Source: an uncultured bacterium (GTDB taxonomy: Bacteria > Patescibacteriota > Minisyncoccia > Moranbacterales > GWC2-37-73). Taken from it: DNA of 64,000 bases. The notes beneath the pieces were generated by a model. That model saw nothing but the letters and a program-made list of their open reading frames with translations. It searched no databases and was not told where the DNA came from. Location of the stretch: positions 1,320-65,319 of the forward strand of contig CAINNK010000037.1 in the NCBI GenBank assembly GCA_903851135.1, given 5' to 3'. The position numbers and the translations under genes are program-made. How positions within the stretch are numbered: position 1 is the first letter of the stretch; every line of letters begins with the position of its first letter. This document shows, in pieces, positions 60,255-64,000 of the stretch.

Positions 60255-60845
60255 ATGCCAGTTGACCTACGACAATTTATCAACAAACCAAAGCAAAAAG
60301 AAAGACGAATTCCGCAATATTCGCAACCAGAGCCTCCAGAAAAGAAATCACCGAAAGAAAATGAAGAAAGCGAAGGAAAATATGGCGAAATCCTGCACCA
60401 ATGGCAGGCGCCCGAGTTTGAGGTTTATGAAAAATCTGACCGCTGGTACCTTTTTGCCGGCGTTTTCCTTTTGGCGATCATCATCTATGCGATGTTTACA
60501 AACGGACCAATTATGGCAATCACCTTCATCTTGGTCGGAATCGTCGGCTACATCCATATGCAAAAAGAGCCGCGCATTGTAACATTCACCATCACCACCG
60601 AAGGAATCATAGCTGACAAGGATATGTATCTATATGAAAATATTCATTCCTTTTGGATTTTTTATGAACCGCATCACACTGAAATTATCAGCCTGCACAC
60701 CAAAGCCTCCATGCTTCCATACGTTCATATTCCCTTGCAAGATGAAGACCCGGTGCATATTCGTGAAATAATATTGCCATACATTCCCGAAATCAAACAA
60801 GAGCAAAGCCTGGTCGACACAGTTGAGAAGGTTTTGCATATCTAG
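60255..60845 (+). CDS. hypothetical membrane protein (196 aa)
   Basis: ORF track. It has a Lys/Glu-rich N-terminus and two TM helices (WYLFAGVFLLAIIIYAMF and IMAITFILVGIVGYI). Confidence 0.5.
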   Translation: MPVDLRQFINKPKQKERRIPQYSQPEPPEKKSPKENEESEGKYGEILHQWQAPEFEVYEKSDRWYLFAGVFLLAIIIYAMFTNGPIMAITFILVGIVGYIHMQKEPRIVTFTITTEGIIADKDMYLYENIHSFWIFYEPHHTEIISLHTKASMLPYVHIPLQDEDPVHIREIILPYIPEIKQEQSLVDTVEKVLHI

Positions 60846-60985
60846 AATAATTGGTAACTAGTAATCAGAAATCTAGTCTTTCTCAGCTACAACAAATAGA
60901 ACGTTTATACAATTAGAACGTTGCCAAGGCTTTACATTTTCCACCTATCATATATACTAAGTTTTGAGTTGAAAAATAGAAAAAT

Positions 60986-61058
60986 GTCCTTGTAGCTCAG
61001 TGGATAGAGCGTCTGGTTGCGGTCCAGAAGGTCGCAGGTTCGATTCCTGCCAAGGACA
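60986..61058 (+). tRNA. tRNA-Arg (anticodon GCG)
   Basis: The acceptor is gtccttg/caaggac with discriminator A. The D-arm is gctc-agtggatag-agc-like. The anticodon stem is tctgg/ccaga with loop ttGCGgt. The T-arm is gcagg-ttcgatt-cctgc. Confidence 0.8.
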
Positions 61059-61076
61059 CACTTTGTGTGTTTTTTG
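61056..61076 (+). terminator. small hairpin plus T-run directly after tRNA-Arg
   Basis: acacac-ttt-gtgtgt followed by tttttt. An inverted copy of the tRNA T-arm (tggcaggaatc) lies at 61075-61085. Confidence 0.45.
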
Positions 61077-61192
61077 GCAGGAATCAAACAGGAAAGGGGT
61101 CCCGCCCAAGGCGGACAGGCGGGAAAAACTAGGTTTTCCCGTGGCGGAAGCATTAAAACCACTGGGTTTCAAAAAGCATAGCGCATGAGATC

Positions 61193-61213
61193 TTCCTGCC
61201 AAGGACACACTTT
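61193..61213 (+). repeat. 21-bp perfect direct repeat of the tRNA-Arg 3' end (ttcctgccaaggacacacttt)
   Basis: It is identical to 61044-61064. The 128-bp segment between the copies contains gggtttcaaaaag, which is related to the motif in elements A and C. Confidence 0.8.
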
Positions 61214-61248
61214 AAAAAAAAACACCACCGATTTTCGGTGGTGTTTTT
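61214..61248. terminator. bidirectional terminator hairpin
   Basis: aaaaaaaaa-caccaccg-attt-cggtggtg-tttttt. Confidence 0.55.
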
Positions 61249-61272
61249 TGTTTTAACTTGTATAATTAACAT

Positions 61273-63405
61273 ATGGACATCTTTAATGCCAAAATCGGGT
61301 CAATTCCGAGAATCAGCGAAAAATACGTTGAAATTTTGAAAAAAATCAACGTTTTCACAGTGAGTGATTTTTTGCTTCACTTCCCTTTTCGCTATGAAGA
61401 TTATAGCGAACGAATTGAAATTGACTCCCTTGTCGCTGGGCAAACTGCCACGATTATGGGCGAGATTTCAACGAGCAAATTAGTTCGAACCTGGAAGAAA
61501 AAAATGCTCATTACAGAATGCCACATTGCAGATGAAACTGGCAGCGTGCGAGCGGTGTGGTTCAATCAGCCCTATGTCAGCGATTCGCTCACAGTCGGCA
61601 AAGGCGTGCGCCTGGCTGGCAAAGTTCTGGAAGACAAAAATGGCTTTTATTTTTCCAATCCGGCCTGGGAACTTTCTTCCCGCGAGCCGACCAACACTGG
61701 AAGATTGGTGCCAATTTACAGCGAAACTGAGGGCCTAACTTCCAAGTGGATTCGCTGGCAAATGCAAAACATTTTCAAATTAAAATTGGAAATTCCGGAT
61801 CCGATTCCGGCAGATATTCTCGAGGAACTCCACTTGCCGCCAATCAAAACTGCCTTACAGTATATTCACTTTCCCCAAAGCGAGAATCAATATTTGCTGG
61901 CTCAAAAAAGATTTGCTTTCCAAAATATGTTGACCGTCCAATTGGCCTCTTTGAAAGTCAAAGCCAATTGGGAAAAAGAATCCTGCGTCAAAATCCCTTT
62001 TCAAGAAAAAACGATCCAGCAGTTCACCGCTTCCCTGCCCTTCACCCTGACCAACGCCCAACGTAAAGCGTCTTTCGAAATTCTCAAAGATTTGGAAAAA
62101 ACCAGACCCATGAACAGGCTGCTTAATGGTGACGTTGGCTCTGGCAAAACTATCATCGCAGCCCTGGCAAGTTTGCAGACAACCCAAGCTGACTTTCAAA
62201 TAGCTATCATGGCCCCCACTGAAGTTCTGGCACGGCAACACTACACAACCTTTTGTGAATTATTCAAAAATACCAAAATAAAGATAGCATTGCTGACAAA
62301 TTCATACAGAGAAACTAACTCAAAGCAAAATACAAGATACGAAATACAAGATACAAAAAAAGTTCAAAAATCAAAAGCCCAAAGAGATGAATTATTAACC
62401 AAAATAAAGCATGGAGAAATAAATATCACAATAGGCACGCACGCCTTGATTCAAAAAGACATTCATTTTAAGAATTTAGCCCTGGTTATCATCGACGAAC
62501 AACATCGCTTTGGCGTCAGCCAGCGCGCTTTTTTGCAACAGCAAATTGAAACTATCAATGATGGACTGCCTGGTAAAATCCCTCATTTACTCACGATGAC
62601 CGCCACCCCAATTCCTCGCACTTTGACGATGGCATATTTTGGCAATCTCGATTTGTCTTTGTTGGATGAGATGCCAAAAAATCGCAAACCGATTATCACT
62701 AAAATAGTTCCACCTCGCCAAAGGAATGAAGTTTATAATTTTGTCAGAAGCCAAGTGGCCGACGGTCATCAGGTTTTTATCATCTTTCCCTTGGTTGAAG
62801 AGTCAGAAAAATTGGCTGAACTTAAGGCGGCCACCCAAGAACATGAAAGACTTTCACGCGATATCTTTCCCGCGCTTTCCCTGGGGCTGCTGCACGGCAA
62901 ACTCAAAGCCAAAGAAAAAGAGCAAGTGATGGCAGATTTCAAAAATAAAAAATATGACATCCTGGTTGCCACTTCCGTGGTGGAAGTTGGCATCGATGTT
63001 CCCAATGCCACCGTCATCATCATTGAAGATGCCGATCGTTTCGGACTTTCGCAGCTCCATCAATTTCGCGGACGCGTCGGCCGCAGCCAGCTACAATCAT
63101 ACTGCTTTCTGCTAACTTCTTCCAACACCGTTAAATCAAAATCACGGCTGGGCGCTTTGGAAAAAACCAACGGTGGTTTTGAAATCGCCGAAGCTGATTT
63201 GAAAATGCGAGGTCCAGGTGAATTTCTGGGCCTGCGCCAATCCGGCTTGCCAGACATTGCCATGCAGCATCTCGGCAACGTGAAACTCATTGAAATTTCT
63301 CGCCAAAAAGCGCTCCAGCTTTTGAAAAGCAGTCCAACCTTGGCAAAATATCCTTTGCTCAAAAAAGAGCTGACAAGGTTTGCCATCAACGTGCACCTTG
63401 AATAA
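61273..63405 (+). CDS. recG: ATP-dependent DNA helicase RecG
   Basis: ORF track. It has an N-terminal wedge/OB region, the helicase motif GDVGSGKT, DEQHRFGV, and the C-terminal motifs QLHQFRGRVGRS and the TRG motif. It also has a Lys-rich low-complexity insertion (about residues 335-375). Confidence 0.9.
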   Translation: MDIFNAKIGSIPRISEKYVEILKKINVFTVSDFLLHFPFRYEDYSERIEIDSLVAGQTATIMGEISTSKLVRTWKKKMLITECHIADETGSVRAVWFNQPYVSDSLTVGKGVRLAGKVLEDKNGFYFSNPAWELSSREPTNTGRLVPIYSETEGLTSKWIRWQMQNIFKLKLEIPDPIPADILEELHLPPIKTALQYIHFPQSENQYLLAQKRFAFQNMLTVQLASLKVKANWEKESCVKIPFQEKTIQQFTASLPFTLTNAQRKASFEILKDLEKTRPMNRLLNGDVGSGKTIIAALASLQTTQADFQIAIMAPTEVLARQHYTTFCELFKNTKIKIALLTNSYRETNSKQNTRYEIQDTKKVQKSKAQRDELLTKIKHGEINITIGTHALIQKDIHFKNLALVIIDEQHRFGVSQRAFLQQQIETINDGLPGKIPHLLTMTATPIPRTLTMAYFGNLDLSLLDEMPKNRKPIITKIVPPRQRNEVYNFVRSQVADGHQVFIIFPLVEESEKLAELKAATQEHERLSRDIFPALSLGLLHGKLKAKEKEQVMADFKNKKYDILVATSVVEVGIDVPNATVIIIEDADRFGLSQLHQFRGRVGRSQLQSYCFLLTSSNTVKSKSRLGALEKTNGGFEIAEADLKMRGPGEFLGLRQSGLPDIAMQHLGNVKLIEISRQKALQLLKSSPTLAKYPLLKKELTRFAINVHLE

Positions 63406-63615
63406 AATCCCGATTTTTGCTAGGATAATTAGGCACTAAGATTTTTAATTTTAACTAAAAAATTCACTCTGTTAAATAATTTTAAAGAAAATTAAGATTT
63501 AATAATTTTTGGGTGAATTTTTAAAAATCATAACTATTAATTAAAATAAGTTGTTTCTACACTATTTGTAGAATCAAATCTTATTTAACAGGGTAAATGG
63601 AAATTAACCCAGGCA

Positions 63616-64000
63616 TTTTCAAAGCTTATGACATCCGTGGAATCTATGGAAGTGATTTTGATGAAGACATGGCCTATCGACTTGGTTTGGCCTATAGCCA
63701 AATGCGAAGAGGAGAATTGCCAGACAAAAAAGAACTCGAAATTGTGGTGGGATATGATATGCGTTTGTCTTCCCAAGCCCTGAAAGAAAAACTTATAGCC
63801 GGACTTTGCGATGGAGGTGTCAATGTGATTGATATCGGACTTTCTTCAACTCCAACTTTTTATTTCGCAGTCGCCAAATATAATTATGATGGTGGCGTAC
63901 TGGTTTCCGCCTCGCACAACCCAAAAGAATATAATGGTTTTAAATTAGTGAGAGAAAGAGCCTTGCCAATCAGCAAAGATTCTGGAATTTTTGTCCTGCG
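63616..64000 (+). CDS. phosphohexomutase (phosphomannomutase/phosphoglucomutase family), 5' part only
   Basis: My own translation from the ATG at 63616 reads MEINPGIFKAYDIRGIYGSDFDEDMAYRLG...GGVLVSASHNPKEYNGFKL. It carries the active-site Ser motif SASHNP. The gene runs off the window end. Confidence 0.8.

Noticed and set aside
60957-61208. ORFs 60957..61208(-), 61000..61188(+) and 60932..61162(-) from the track.
   Set aside because: They overlap the tRNA-Arg gene, its duplicated 3' end and the terminator hairpins. The translations are Arg/Cys-rich and read through structured RNA sequence.

Overview
This 64 kb window is an AT-rich bacterial chromosome fragment that reads in the standard genetic code. 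I estimated GC by eye at roughly 38-40%. The gene content points to a small-genome bacterium of the Candidate Phyla Radiation/Patescibacteria type: giant extracellular proteins, a complete type IV pilus cluster, LexA, almost no central metabolism and tight gene spacing. That lineage call is inference only.

Gene content, in order along the window:
- 1-25150: a run of minus-strand genes for very large secreted or surface proteins. These are a partial Fn3 protein, a 3065-aa protein with RCC1 blades plus about 14 Fn3 domains, a 2051-aa protein with a FG-GAP repeat array, a 2268-aa tail-fibre-like protein carrying a peptidase-S74 self-cleaving chaperone domain, and a small secreted protein.
- gyrB.
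- tRNA-Met(CAT) x2 and tRNA-Asp flanking a free-standing LAGLIDADG endonuclease gene.
- Two paralogous GH130-like genes, then gatA, gatC and ligA.
- A complete type IV pilus locus: three pseudopilins, prepilin peptidase, two PilA-like pilins, pilC, pilT, a CheY-like receiver, pilB, pilO, pilN and pilM, with comFC divergent.
- A CYTH protein and an 851-aa fusion of a PP-loop-motif domain with a full MurD ligase.
- Several small membrane or hypothetical proteins, a MazG-like protein, an M20 peptidase, a nitroreductase and lexA.
- A tRNA-Ser(GCT)/tRNA-Ser(TGA)/tRNA-Arg(GCG) region interleaved with tRNA-half-like repeat elements, then recG and the 5' end of a phosphohexomutase gene.

No rRNA, CRISPR array, transposase or integrase was seen.

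The most interesting candidates are the giant-protein locus (especially the S74-domain protein with identical internal 150-bp repeats), the tRNA-half-like repeat family around the tRNA genes, and the fused PP-loop-domain/MurD gene.
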